DNA of 37,398 bases, from positions 1 through 37,398 of the forward strand of contig JABLTI010000016.1 of the NCBI GenBank assembly GCA_013166835.1, given 5' to 3'. Both the position numbers and the translations under genes were made by a program. This document shows positions 19,577 to 29,263 of this stretch, piece after piece; position 1 is the first letter of the stretch, and each line of letters opens with the position of its first letter. The stretch is from Promethearchaeati archaeon (GTDB lineage Archaea; Asgardarchaeota; Heimdallarchaeia; JABLTI01). The notes under the pieces are model-generated. The model saw only the letters and a program-made list of their open reading frames with translations. It was not told the origin of the DNA and ran no database searches.

Positions 19577-19640
19577 AATGTTACATCCTTTTAAGAAATT
19601 TCGCGGTATTTTCTATTTACGATTTAGCTAAATGTTACAT
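19577..19640. promoter_or_regulatory. Candidate operator sites in a divergent promoter
   Basis: AATGTTACAT occurs twice (19577-19586 and 19631-19640), containing the palindrome ATGT-N-ACAT. Palindrome ATTTAGCTAAAT at 19622-19633. Confidence 0.3.
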
Positions 19641-19775
19641 AACAATGTTTAAAGTTTAATGCTTTAGTTTCTAAAACCAAGGGTCTTAATTAATGCCTTG
19701 TAATAAGTTTATTCACTTTCTCAAAAATGGAATTTACGAAAGATTTTTTGGTTAAAACTAGTCTTTGAACTTGAA

Positions 19776-20204
19776 ATGTCTGATAAACTCCTAGATCTTA
19801 TCTGGTCTCTTGATATTGAGAAGATGAATGATCATTTACCAACAGAAAGAAAATCTTTGAAAGAATTACTCACAGAGGAGAAACCACAAGTTCAAACTAA
19901 GAACAAAAGGTTTCACAGATTTAGGAAACAACATCTCGAGATAATTTGTCAGTTTTTCCCGGAAAATCAATGGTCAGAAGTTAAATTACCAATTATTTTA
20001 TTACGACGAACAAGTCTTGGAAAGGGGATATATTCTGTATCTGGCGGGTTACGAGAATTATATATAATTCATAGGATTTCTGGAAGAACATCAGACAATT
20101 TTAATAAATTTAAATTAGAAGATCATCAACCCTATGTTTGGAAACCTGAAGTATTTACTGCTGTGAGGAAAATAGGATCCATTGTTGTCACAGGATATAC
20201 TTGA
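19776..20204 (+). CDS. DUF61 (UPF0216) family archaeal protein
   Basis: MNDHLP.ERKSLKELL.E.KP and VKLPII motifs resemble DUF61. Confidence 0.75.
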   Translation: MSDKLLDLIWSLDIEKMNDHLPTERKSLKELLTEEKPQVQTKNKRFHRFRKQHLEIICQFFPENQWSEVKLPIILLRRTSLGKGIYSVSGGLRELYIIHRISGRTSDNFNKFKLEDHQPYVWKPEVFTAVRKIGSIVVTGYT

Positions 20205-20238
20205 ATTTATTCTGGAATCGAATGTGAGTGATTGAGAA

Positions 20239-21576
20239 ATGAATGAGAAGACACTGAATGAAGCAACTAAGTTACTACAGGAATTAATTCAAAATAAATG
20301 TGTTAATCCACCAGGAAATGAGATGAAGAGCATCATTACCATTGAGAAATATTTGAAATCAAAGGGTGTAAAATGCAAGATATATGAATCAGCTCCAAAA
20401 AGAGGAAACCTAATTGCTCGAATTAAGGGGACAGGCAAGGGGCCCACACTCATGTTTGGTCCTTCACACGTGGATGTAGTTCCTATTGATGATGAAGAGA
20501 AATGGACTCATCCTCCATTCTCAGGTAAACTCGAAGATGATTTTATCTGGGGTAGAGGCGCAATTGATATGTTATTTATCGTTGTTGCCCAAGTAGTTGT
20601 ATTCGCTGAGTTGAATCAAGAGAAATTCAAACCTAAGGGTGATTTAGTTTTAGTTATTGTATCTGATGAAGAAATGGGTGGATCGTTTGGAACAGAATGG
20701 TTGTTGAAGCATCATCCAAAAGAAATGAAATGTGATTATGCTGTTTCAGAAATGGGTGGAGTTATCTTATCACCTGGAAAATTAGGATTCATGATTGGAG
20801 AGAAAGGAGCAACCTGGTTAAGATTAACTTTCAAAGGAACACCAGAACATGGTTCTGTTCCTTTTGGTAGTGATAACGCAATAGTAAAAGCAGCAGAAGC
20901 AACGAAAAAGCTATTTGAGTATAAACCACCAGCAACAACAAAATATCTAAAATCTATTGGTAAAGGTTTTGGTCAACAACCAATAGTGCGTTTAATGATG
21001 ACAAATAAGCTATTGCTACCAATGATTTTGAAAAAAATGCTGAAGACGAATCCAGAGATGGCTAAATCACTAGCTAGTTTAACAAGAATGAGTATTTCTC
21101 CAAATATAATTAAAGGAGGAACAAAAACAAATACCATTCCGGCACAAGCAACTCTTGATGTAGATGTAAGAACTTTACCAGGCCAAGATTTGAGCTATAT
21201 TACTCATCATATTAACAAAGCACTTGGCAAAAAATTAGCAGAGGAAGTAAAAATCGAAGTATTAACAGGTGAAGGAGTTGTATCATATGGAAATGAAAGC
21301 TCGTTCAAATCTGAATTTGTCACTAAAATAGAAAAGGCAATACAAAAAATAGACCCTCAAAATGAATTCATACCTTTGATTTATCCCGGAGCAACAGATT
21401 TACGTTTTCTTAGGAAACTTGGTGTTGAATGTTGTGGTTTTGCGTTAATGGATCCCAGAACAGAATTTGGAGAATTAATTAATCGTATTCATGGAAACGA
21501 TGAACGCATTTCATTAATTACTCTTGATTATACGTTGGTTGCATATTATCATTTAGTAAAAGAAATTCTAGAATAA
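20239..21576 (+). CDS. M20/M25/M40 family metallopeptidase / deacylase
   Basis: SHVDVVP, WGRGAIDM, SDEEMGG, EKG, HGS, GATD and IHGNDERI motifs. Confidence 0.92.
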   Translation: MNEKTLNEATKLLQELIQNKCVNPPGNEMKSIITIEKYLKSKGVKCKIYESAPKRGNLIARIKGTGKGPTLMFGPSHVDVVPIDDEEKWTHPPFSGKLEDDFIWGRGAIDMLFIVVAQVVVFAELNQEKFKPKGDLVLVIVSDEEMGGSFGTEWLLKHHPKEMKCDYAVSEMGGVILSPGKLGFMIGEKGATWLRLTFKGTPEHGSVPFGSDNAIVKAAEATKKLFEYKPPATTKYLKSIGKGFGQQPIVRLMMTNKLLLPMILKKMLKTNPEMAKSLASLTRMSISPNIIKGGTKTNTIPAQATLDVDVRTLPGQDLSYITHHINKALGKKLAEEVKIEVLTGEGVVSYGNESSFKSEFVTKIEKAIQKIDPQNEFIPLIYPGATDLRFLRKLGVECCGFALMDPRTEFGELINRIHGNDERISLITLDYTLVAYYHLVKEILE

Positions 21577-21580
21577 ACAA

Positions 21581-24073
21581 TTAGGTAACTACCTGTCCAG
21601 ACTTTTCAAGTCTTTGAGAAATAAGATTAATTAAGGATGAATAGATTTCTTCTACTTCTTTTTCAGATAATCCTAGCCAATCAAAGATTAATTTATCAAA
21701 TGCTCTTCTATCTGGAAGTTGAACTTCCTCAAAAATAGATCTGATATCACGCTTAAGGATTGATTGGAATTTCGTTAATAGTTCATTTTTTAATTTATTT
21801 GGTAGTTTTCTAGGGTCAATTATAGGGAGTATCACAAAACCATTTTTTGCATATTGTAGGGCACCTTTCCCTAAAGCAGTTCGGCCATATACTTCTAAGA
21901 AAGAATAAATTAAAGTTGTATTTAGTAAAGCAACAATGAGATTTTTTTCAGTTTTAAATTCTTCATGTAAAATTAACCCATAGAATGTTTGATCTTCAAT
22001 CAAGTCATCTGAAGTATAGCAAAAGAAGAATCGACGATCAATAAATCGACTACAGAAAATATCAGCAGGTGGTATTCTGTTTATGGAAAACCAAGATGGT
22101 CTATTATTACGAAGTGATGGTACTTCTGGCCAAGGAATTTCTCCAATGGATTGTTGTTTCAATGTAGTGGTTTGCTGTTGACCCCACTTGATATAATCTA
22201 TAGCTCCAGTTTTCTCTTTGTTGAGTAGCTCCTCCATTGTATAATTGCATGTGAATAACTTTGTTTCTAAATTGGAAGCTAAAATCTCTAGTCTATGTAT
22301 TTCCTTTGGACTTTTCAGAACTGGAACTAAAAACTCATCACTAATTCCATATTCTTGAACCCTTTCACCATCCACCAAGAAGAATTCATTAATTCCAGTT
22401 TTAATGGGATAACGAATATGACCAATTTCTGATAATTCAATAAATTTCTCTCTCAGTGAATCCAAGATATTAGTAATAATACTGGGAGCACGGAAATAAA
22501 GAGAGCCCCATTTTTCTCCCTGGTATTCATTGTCTTTTATTCCTTGATCAAGTAATTCACTTTGTTTCTTTGATGTTATTTTTATTTGAGTATTTTCAAA
22601 AATCCCGGAACTCGTAGTTATATTTAATCGATGAATTAATTGAAGATCATTATAATTAGGGAACTTCAGCATGATGAATCGGACAAAGGAATCAGCAATT
22701 ATTGTTATTGATTTGGGATTAACTAAGAAAGTAATAGCTGTATTAACTGCAGCTGAAAATGACTTGCTTCTTTGATTTGCATAGATTGCTTGTAATTGAT
22801 AATTTTCCAACAGAAATTTCTGGAAGTTCATACCGAATTTAGCATCCAACCAAGAATTTGAGGTTACGAAACTAAGTATTCCTCCGTCTTTTAGAAGACT
22901 CAATCCTCTATAGAAGAAATAGATATAAAAATCACTTTTTCTTTCTCGAGGTAAATTAACCTCTGAAAGAAAATAACTTTCTAGTTTTGAGTAGATATGA
23001 TCTTTGATATTTGAGGTATTATTGAGCTGATCTTTTATTTCCAATAGAAATTGCTCTTGTCGAATAAAAGGAGGATTTCCTATTATTACATCAAATTTCT
23101 CTTTCATGTTTGTATTTTCAAGAGAACTTAGAATCGCATTTTCTTGTAGTATATTTAATTCTATTGAAGTTGAATTAGTGTTTGTTAGAGCATACTGGAA
23201 TAACATTAATCTCAACTGACAAATAGAGATAGCTTCTGGATCAGTATCTAATCCAAACAAATTGTTAGAGAGGATAGTTTGCATAGCTTTGTGCAATTGA
23301 AATTCTTCATCTAACAAATGATGAATTTTATTTTGAATTATTAACAAGAAATTTAGAAAACCTAATAGGAAAGCTCCTGATCCACAAGCAGGATCAAGTA
23401 TTCGGATATTCGTAATTTGCTTTCTTAACAGATTCAAATCTTTCATGATGAAACCGGATTGTAAAGATTCTAAATTCTTCCAAAATAATGAGACAAGTTG
23501 AGCTTCAGGAATTCTAGTATTAGTTATTAGGTATTGAAGTAGAGCTTCTTTACACATGAAATTTACTTCATCATGTGAAGTGTAGAAAACACCTGTTTTC
23601 TGCTTTTCCTGACTCTGCAAGGTATTTTCAAAAAGTAATGAAAAAATGAATGGAGTTATCGATGAATCATTTTCATCTAACAACGATTCTTGCAGATTGT
23701 AGCGAAATTTTGAAATGAGATTTTGTGCAATAAAATCAGTAAATTGTGTTTTGATTATTTTATATAATTTAGAATCAGAAATATTGCTCAACATGTTTTG
23801 AATATCAAATTGATTTTCTTTAGCTTGATTTATGAATTCATTAATTAGCTGTTCCTTCACAACAAAATAATAAGCTTGATTAAGTTCTGTCTGAGATTCT
23901 TGAGATTCGGTTCCTAATTGATCAGCAATCTTATCAAAAATAAAGTAATATGTTTGCATGAATTGATTATAAATTGTATTTTTCTGATCCAAACTTCGAT
24001 TCCTTCTTGGTTCAAATATCGATAATTTATAGTAATCTATTATTGTTTTGGTTATAATAACTTTGAAAAACAA
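21581..24073 (-). CDS. Eco57I/TaqI-like N6-adenine DNA methyltransferase with C-terminal target-recognition region
   Basis: GVFYT, motif I ILDPACGSGAF, motif IV IGNPPF (gamma order), DFYIYF and TSNSWL. The probable start is the TTG at 23992 after AGAAGGA. Confidence 0.88.
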   Translation of the reverse strand: MFFKVIITKTIIDYYKLSIFEPRRNRSLDQKNTIYNQFMQTYYFIFDKIADQLGTESQESQTELNQAYYFVVKEQLINEFINQAKENQFDIQNMLSNISDSKLYKIIKTQFTDFIAQNLISKFRYNLQESLLDENDSSITPFIFSLLFENTLQSQEKQKTGVFYTSHDEVNFMCKEALLQYLITNTRIPEAQLVSLFWKNLESLQSGFIMKDLNLLRKQITNIRILDPACGSGAFLLGFLNFLLIIQNKIHHLLDEEFQLHKAMQTILSNNLFGLDTDPEAISICQLRLMLFQYALTNTNSTSIELNILQENAILSSLENTNMKEKFDVIIGNPPFIRQEQFLLEIKDQLNNTSNIKDHIYSKLESYFLSEVNLPRERKSDFYIYFFYRGLSLLKDGGILSFVTSNSWLDAKFGMNFQKFLLENYQLQAIYANQRSKSFSAAVNTAITFLVNPKSITIIADSFVRFIMLKFPNYNDLQLIHRLNITTSSGIFENTQIKITSKKQSELLDQGIKDNEYQGEKWGSLYFRAPSIITNILDSLREKFIELSEIGHIRYPIKTGINEFFLVDGERVQEYGISDEFLVPVLKSPKEIHRLEILASNLETKLFTCNYTMEELLNKEKTGAIDYIKWGQQQTTTLKQQSIGEIPWPEVPSLRNNRPSWFSINRIPPADIFCSRFIDRRFFFCYTSDDLIEDQTFYGLILHEEFKTEKNLIVALLNTTLIYSFLEVYGRTALGKGALQYAKNGFVILPIIDPRKLPNKLKNELLTKFQSILKRDIRSIFEEVQLPDRRAFDKLIFDWLGLSEKEVEEIYSSLINLISQRLEKSGQVVT

Positions 24074-24123
24074 AATACTGATAATATTACTATTCCTTTC
24101 ATTTACTAGGAATTAATTGAAGG

Positions 24124-24453
24124 ATGTTAATAAATTTGTACGTTGTTTGTGTTACAGTTTATGTGAAAGAAGAAAACAGAAATGAGTTCATAAAAGCAGT
24201 TCTTGAGAATGCAAAAAATACAAGAAAAGAATCTTTGAATTTTCGTTTTGATGTTTTGCAGTGTTTGGATGATCCTAATCAATTTTTCTTATATGAAGTT
24301 TACAAAGATGAAAGTGGTTTTGTATCTCATAAAGAAACTAATCATTACAAAATTTGGCGAGAAACTGTTGCTCCTATGATGGCTCAACCTCGAGAAGGAA
24401 TAAAACACAAGAATATCTTTCCATTAGAGGAAGATGCCTTTATCTCGAGATAG
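24124..24453 (+). CDS. Antibiotic biosynthesis monooxygenase (ABM) family, LsrG-like
   Basis: NFRFDVLQ..DP..FFLYEVY...HKET.HY..WRETV.PMMA.PR pattern. The start may be the TTG at 24136. Confidence 0.85.
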   Translation: MLINLYVVCVTVYVKEENRNEFIKAVLENAKNTRKESLNFRFDVLQCLDDPNQFFLYEVYKDESGFVSHKETNHYKIWRETVAPMMAQPREGIKHKNIFPLEEDAFISR

Positions 24454-24475
24454 TTTGCTTCTGGTTGTGGATTAA

Positions 24476-25660
24476 TTGCTTGATGAATTAAAATTCGATT
24501 TTCTTAACACACCACAGATTGTCTTTGGTAAAGGACGTTTTCAAGAGGTAGGAGATCTACTGGCACAATATGGAAAGAGAATCCTAATTGTAGGAAGTAA
24601 AAGCGCTTTTTCGCAATTAAAGAAGCAATTTGAAACTATCATTAATAAAAAGAAAATGAGTTATGATATAGTATTCATCAAAGGCGAACCTGATATTCAT
24701 CAAATTGATATTGGAGTAGAAGTTGGTATTAAAAAAAAATCAGAAGTAGTTCTAGGGATAGGCGGAGGAAGTGCAGTAGATGCTGGGAAGGCAGTTGCTG
24801 GTTTAATAACAAATGGTGGTTCAGCTAAAGATTATATGGAAGTCATAGGGATAGGAAGTGAAATCACAAAACAATCACTCCCATATATAGCTATCCCAAC
24901 AACCTCTGGAACTGGAAGCGAAGTTACCAAAAATGCAGTTGTACTATCAAAAGAAGATGGATTGAAAACAAGCATTCGTAGTCCTCTATTAATTCCTAAA
25001 ATTGCACTAATTGATCCTGAATTAATGGTAAATGTCTCACCAGAAGTTACAGCTTATTGTGGATTAGATGCTTTGACTCAACTATTGGAGTCTTATACAT
25101 CTATCAAATCCCAACCCATAACTGATTCTTTAGCAATCCTTGGTATCAGAAGGATAACTAAATCTTTGATCCATGTCTTTGAAAACGGGCAGGATGTTTC
25201 TTCTCGAGAGGATCTTGCTTTTGCTGCTTTACTTAGTGGAATTTGCTTAGCTAATGCTGGACTTGGTGCAGTTCATGGATTTGCTTCTCCAATAGGAGGG
25301 ATGCTTGGGATTCCACATGGTGTTGTGTGCGGAGCATTACTCTCACCAGTTATTGAAGAGAATATACAACAAATGATAGCTGAAATTCCATTCAATGAAA
25401 CACTCGCTAAATATGCAACACTTGGCGAATTATTAGTCGATCTCGTTTTTGATGATATTAGAGAAGCAGCAGATCGTGTAATCGAATATACAGAACAAAT
25501 CTCAAGATTACTGAAAATACCTAAATTATCAAAATATGGTCTCTCAGAAAAGTACTTTGAAAAAATAATCGAGAAAGCAAAGAAATCTTCGAGTATGAGA
25601 TACAATCCGGTAAAGCTCTCTGATGAAGCACTTTACAGAATTTTGCTGAAATCTGTGTAA
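24476..25660 (+). CDS. Iron-containing alcohol dehydrogenase
   Basis: GGGSAVDAGK, IPTTSGTGSEVT, DALTQ, NAGLGAVHG and IPHG motifs. Confidence 0.92.
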   Translation: MLDELKFDFLNTPQIVFGKGRFQEVGDLLAQYGKRILIVGSKSAFSQLKKQFETIINKKKMSYDIVFIKGEPDIHQIDIGVEVGIKKKSEVVLGIGGGSAVDAGKAVAGLITNGGSAKDYMEVIGIGSEITKQSLPYIAIPTTSGTGSEVTKNAVVLSKEDGLKTSIRSPLLIPKIALIDPELMVNVSPEVTAYCGLDALTQLLESYTSIKSQPITDSLAILGIRRITKSLIHVFENGQDVSSREDLAFAALLSGICLANAGLGAVHGFASPIGGMLGIPHGVVCGALLSPVIEENIQQMIAEIPFNETLAKYATLGELLVDLVFDDIREAADRVIEYTEQISRLLKIPKLSKYGLSEKYFEKIIEKAKKSSSMRYNPVKLSDEALYRILLKSV

Positions 25661-25776
25661 TTTTTTCCTATAGAGCTACCTTTTAATTACTACTTGAGAA
25701 ATTCTTTTAACTAACCTAACGTTAGAAAAACTAGTTTTGGCATTATACTAGTTTTATATTCCCAGGAGATTAGTCG

Positions 25777-27078
25777 ATGTATACCCATAAATCGGGCGAG
25801 TTCCCGAAACGCATACGTGCATCTGCAAATGATAATCTAAATTACTTGCTACGTAGTGGAACTGATCAGCAAATCAATTTCATTTTTCACTTAAACGAGT
25901 ATATTGATTCTGAGCGAATGAAAAAAACCGTTCGATTAACAATGGATGCAGAACCTGTTCTTGGTTGCAAGTATGTTATAAATCGCAAGAGAACATATTG
26001 GGAGAGAAGGGATGACCTCGACGAACTCAATTATTTCACATTAATTAATTCAGATAATCCTGAAGCTGATATAAGAAAAATTGTTCTATATCAAATAGAT
26101 CCCAGTATTGAATCCGTAATACAAATAAAAATAATACGAACAAAAACAAACGACATTCTTTTCATCAAATCAGATCACAGCATAATGGATGGTGGGGGAT
26201 TCTACGACTTTTTAACTCTTTTATGCGATACATACAACAAACTGACTGAGGATCCTGGATATCAAGTTGAACCTAATGTTCTAGCTACTAGAGAATTGAA
26301 CCAGGTTTTCAAGCATTTTAGATTCAGAAAGAAAATGAGATCTTTACTTCGAGATAAAGGATATATACCAACTTGGTCTTTCCCAGCAATTGGAACTGGT
26401 AGGACAAAGAAGACTTTTACTTTAAGAAAAATCGAACCAGAACGATTTGATAGAATAAAGACTTACGGTAAGGAAAGACAAGCAACATTAAATGATATGT
26501 TTCTCACAGCTGTTTTCAGATCCTTATTTGAATTGAAGAAACCAGTAGAAAACAAACCTATGACAATTGCTGTACCCACAGACCTTCGAGTTCTCATGCC
26601 AACAAAGAAAGCAGAAACAATTGCTAATTTGGTTTCAGCAACTTTTGTTTCTCTTAAATACAATCCAGATGCAACTTTTGATGAGATGTTAAAAGATATT
26701 AACAAACAAATGACCAAGAAAAAGGATATTCACTTAGGCATGGGTCAAACATACATGATAAATAATCTTTTCAAATTACGATATGCTTGGGTCAGATGGA
26801 TAGCAAACAAAATCTATGATGGAATATACAGACGAGGAAAAATGCATCCTATTATTACTAATGTAGGAAGAGTAGATGCTCAGAGAAGACATTTTGGAGA
26901 TGTTGATGTTGTGGATGGTTATATCATTACACCAATTAATTGGGCTCCTTCATTTAGTATGGGAATAAGCTCCTTTAACAAGAGAATCTCTTTCAGCGTT
27001 GCATTTTGTGAAGATTCGTATGATAAAAGAACGATTGAACAGTTTCTAGATTTAATTTTTGAAGAATTACCTCAATAA
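25777..27078 (+). CDS. Stand-alone condensation-domain / CoA-dependent acyltransferase
   Basis: DHSIMDG (HxxxDG) catalytic motif, ATLND, PTDLR, ANLVS and ITNVG. The two-lobed CAT-fold length (433 aa) fits. Confidence 0.8.
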   Translation: MYTHKSGEFPKRIRASANDNLNYLLRSGTDQQINFIFHLNEYIDSERMKKTVRLTMDAEPVLGCKYVINRKRTYWERRDDLDELNYFTLINSDNPEADIRKIVLYQIDPSIESVIQIKIIRTKTNDILFIKSDHSIMDGGGFYDFLTLLCDTYNKLTEDPGYQVEPNVLATRELNQVFKHFRFRKKMRSLLRDKGYIPTWSFPAIGTGRTKKTFTLRKIEPERFDRIKTYGKERQATLNDMFLTAVFRSLFELKKPVENKPMTIAVPTDLRVLMPTKKAETIANLVSATFVSLKYNPDATFDEMLKDINKQMTKKKDIHLGMGQTYMINNLFKLRYAWVRWIANKIYDGIYRRGKMHPIITNVGRVDAQRRHFGDVDVVDGYIITPINWAPSFSMGISSFNKRISFSVAFCEDSYDKRTIEQFLDLIFEELPQ

Positions 27079-27201
27079 AGAGAATTAGAAAAAAAATACT
27101 ACACTTAGAATACATTTTTTTGTATTTTTAACAACACCATTGTTTTATAGGGGTAATATGATTAGTTCTACCAGATAGTTATCCAATTGCAGGTGAACAA
27201 G

Positions 27202-28257
27202 ATGGATAATTTAGAATGGAGAAAAAAGACGCTAAAAATCTGGCAACCACCGGATGATTGGCAAAAAATTACTACAATTGAGGCTCATTCCGCAGGTGAA
27301 CCGTTACGAATTCTGATTGATGGGTTCCCAGAAACAAAAGGAACTACTATTCTTGAACGACGACGCTATGTGAAAGAAAACTTTGACTTCCTTCGAACAG
27401 CTTTAATGTGGGAACCAAGAGGGCATGCAGACATGTATGGTTGTATAATAACTCCGCCTGAGAATCCAGACTCCGATTTTGGTGTTTTATTCCTTCATAA
27501 TGAAGGATATAGTACTATGTGTGGACATGGGATAATTGCTGTGACAACCGTTGCTCTCGAAACAGATTTGTTACCAAATAATCATCCTGAAAAAATGGTC
27601 AAAATAGATACCCCAGCAGGATTGGTAACTGCATTTGCGAAAATAAATGGAAAACAGGTAGAGAGTGTTCATTTTCTGAATGTTCCTTCATTTGTTTTTG
27701 CGAAAGATCAAAAAGTAGATGTTCCAGGATTAGGAGAAGTTACTTTTGATATTGCTTTTGGTGGAGCATTCTATGCTTTTGTTCAAGCTGATGATGTAAA
27801 TGTAGGTTTAACCTCAGCTAGTTTTCGGGAACTTATAGACAAAGGCATGGCAATCAAACAAGCTGTTATGAAGAATTTTGACATTGTTCATCCATTCAGA
27901 AGTGATTTGAATTTCCTTTACGGAACGATTTTCATAGGTTCACCTCGAGAAGAAGGATCAGATAGCAGGAATGTCTGCATCTTCGCAGAAGGGGAAGTTG
28001 ATAGATGCCCGACTGGAACTGGTGTGAGTGCTCGAATGGCGTTACATTACTCGAGAGGAGAAATCGGATTGAATGAACCGATGGTAATTGAGAGCATTAT
28101 TGGAAGCAAATATACGGGAAGTGTCGTCGAAGCAGTGAAATATGGTCCATATAATGCAGTAATACCTCGAGTAGAGGGATCAGCTCATATCACAGGAAAA
28201 AATGAATTCTGGATAGATCCAAAAGATCCTCTAAAACGAGGATTCATACTTCGATGA
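27202..28257 (+). CDS. Proline racemase superfamily, Cys/Thr type (likely trans-3-hydroxy-L-proline dehydratase)
   Basis: HSAGEPLR, EPRGHADMYG, MCGH, GGAFY and DRCPTGTG (Thr where racemases have the second Cys). An AGGTGA SD points to the ATG at 27202. Confidence 0.85.
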   Translation: MDNLEWRKKTLKIWQPPDDWQKITTIEAHSAGEPLRILIDGFPETKGTTILERRRYVKENFDFLRTALMWEPRGHADMYGCIITPPENPDSDFGVLFLHNEGYSTMCGHGIIAVTTVALETDLLPNNHPEKMVKIDTPAGLVTAFAKINGKQVESVHFLNVPSFVFAKDQKVDVPGLGEVTFDIAFGGAFYAFVQADDVNVGLTSASFRELIDKGMAIKQAVMKNFDIVHPFRSDLNFLYGTIFIGSPREEGSDSRNVCIFAEGEVDRCPTGTGVSARMALHYSRGEIGLNEPMVIESIIGSKYTGSVVEAVKYGPYNAVIPRVEGSAHITGKNEFWIDPKDPLKRGFILR

Positions 28258-28268
28258 GAGGATGAAAA

Positions 28269-29261
28269 ATGGTCCAAAATGAAATTCGATTTCTAACTGC
28301 TGCAGATGTAAAAAAAGCTTTACCGATGAGTCAAGCCATTGAAGTTATAAAACAAGCTTTTGTTTTTCTTTCTGATAAGAAGGCAGTAATTCCTCAAAGA
28401 ATTCATCTAGGAATTCCAGAATTCAAAGGTGATGTATTAGTTATGCCAATTTATTTACCAGATGTGGAGAGAATTGGTTTAAAAGTAATCAATTTATTTG
28501 ATGACAATCCGAAAAAGGATCTTCCTCTTATTCATGCTTTAGTCACAGTTTTTGATGCAACTAATGGTCAGCCCATAGCAATAATGGATGGGAGTTATCT
28601 AACAGCTCTTCGAACGGGAGCCGGATCAGGAGTAGCAACTAGCTTATTATCTCGAGAGGATTCTCAAGTAGCAGCAATATTTGGAGCTGGAGAACAAGGT
28701 CGAACCCAACTAGAAGCTATTTGCACAGTAAGAGCTATTAAGAAAGCTTTGATTTTTGATAAGAATGTTGTAAAAGCAGAATTGTTTGCTAAAGAAATGA
28801 GTAATTATCTTTCAATTCCAATTGATGTCGCTTCATCAAAATCAGATTTGAAAGAAGCAGATATTATTTGTACAGCTACAAATTCAGCAGAACCAGTATT
28901 TTCAGATAGCGATTTGAAACCAGGTGTTCATATAAATGCAATAGGATCTTACAAATCACATAAGCGAGAAGTTCCCTCAGAAACGATACAGAAAGCAAAG
29001 GTTATTGTTGATCACAGAGAATCCTGCATGACTGAAGCCGGTGATATTCTTATACCATTGAAAGAGGGTATCATAACTGAAAATCATGTTTTAGGAGAAA
29101 TTGGGGAAATCATTACTAAGAAAAAGCAAATAAGAAAAACTGATCAAGAAATAACTTTTTTCAAATCAGTAGGAAACGCGATTCAGGATTTAACAGCAGC
29201 AAATGAAGTAATTAAAGCAGCAAAAAATCTTAACATAGGTCAAATTTTAAGATTGGAATGA
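28269..29261 (+). CDS. Ornithine cyclodeaminase / mu-crystallin family (likely pyrroline-2-carboxylate/ketimine reductase)
   Basis: LTALRTGA, GAGEQG, HINAIGS, EAGD and FKSVGNAIQD motifs. Begins 11 nt downstream of the dehydratase. Confidence 0.88.
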   Translation: MVQNEIRFLTAADVKKALPMSQAIEVIKQAFVFLSDKKAVIPQRIHLGIPEFKGDVLVMPIYLPDVERIGLKVINLFDDNPKKDLPLIHALVTVFDATNGQPIAIMDGSYLTALRTGAGSGVATSLLSREDSQVAAIFGAGEQGRTQLEAICTVRAIKKALIFDKNVVKAELFAKEMSNYLSIPIDVASSKSDLKEADIICTATNSAEPVFSDSDLKPGVHINAIGSYKSHKREVPSETIQKAKVIVDHRESCMTEAGDILIPLKEGIITENHVLGEIGEIITKKKQIRKTDQEITFFKSVGNAIQDLTAANEVIKAAKNLNIGQILRLE

Positions 29262-29263
29262 TT

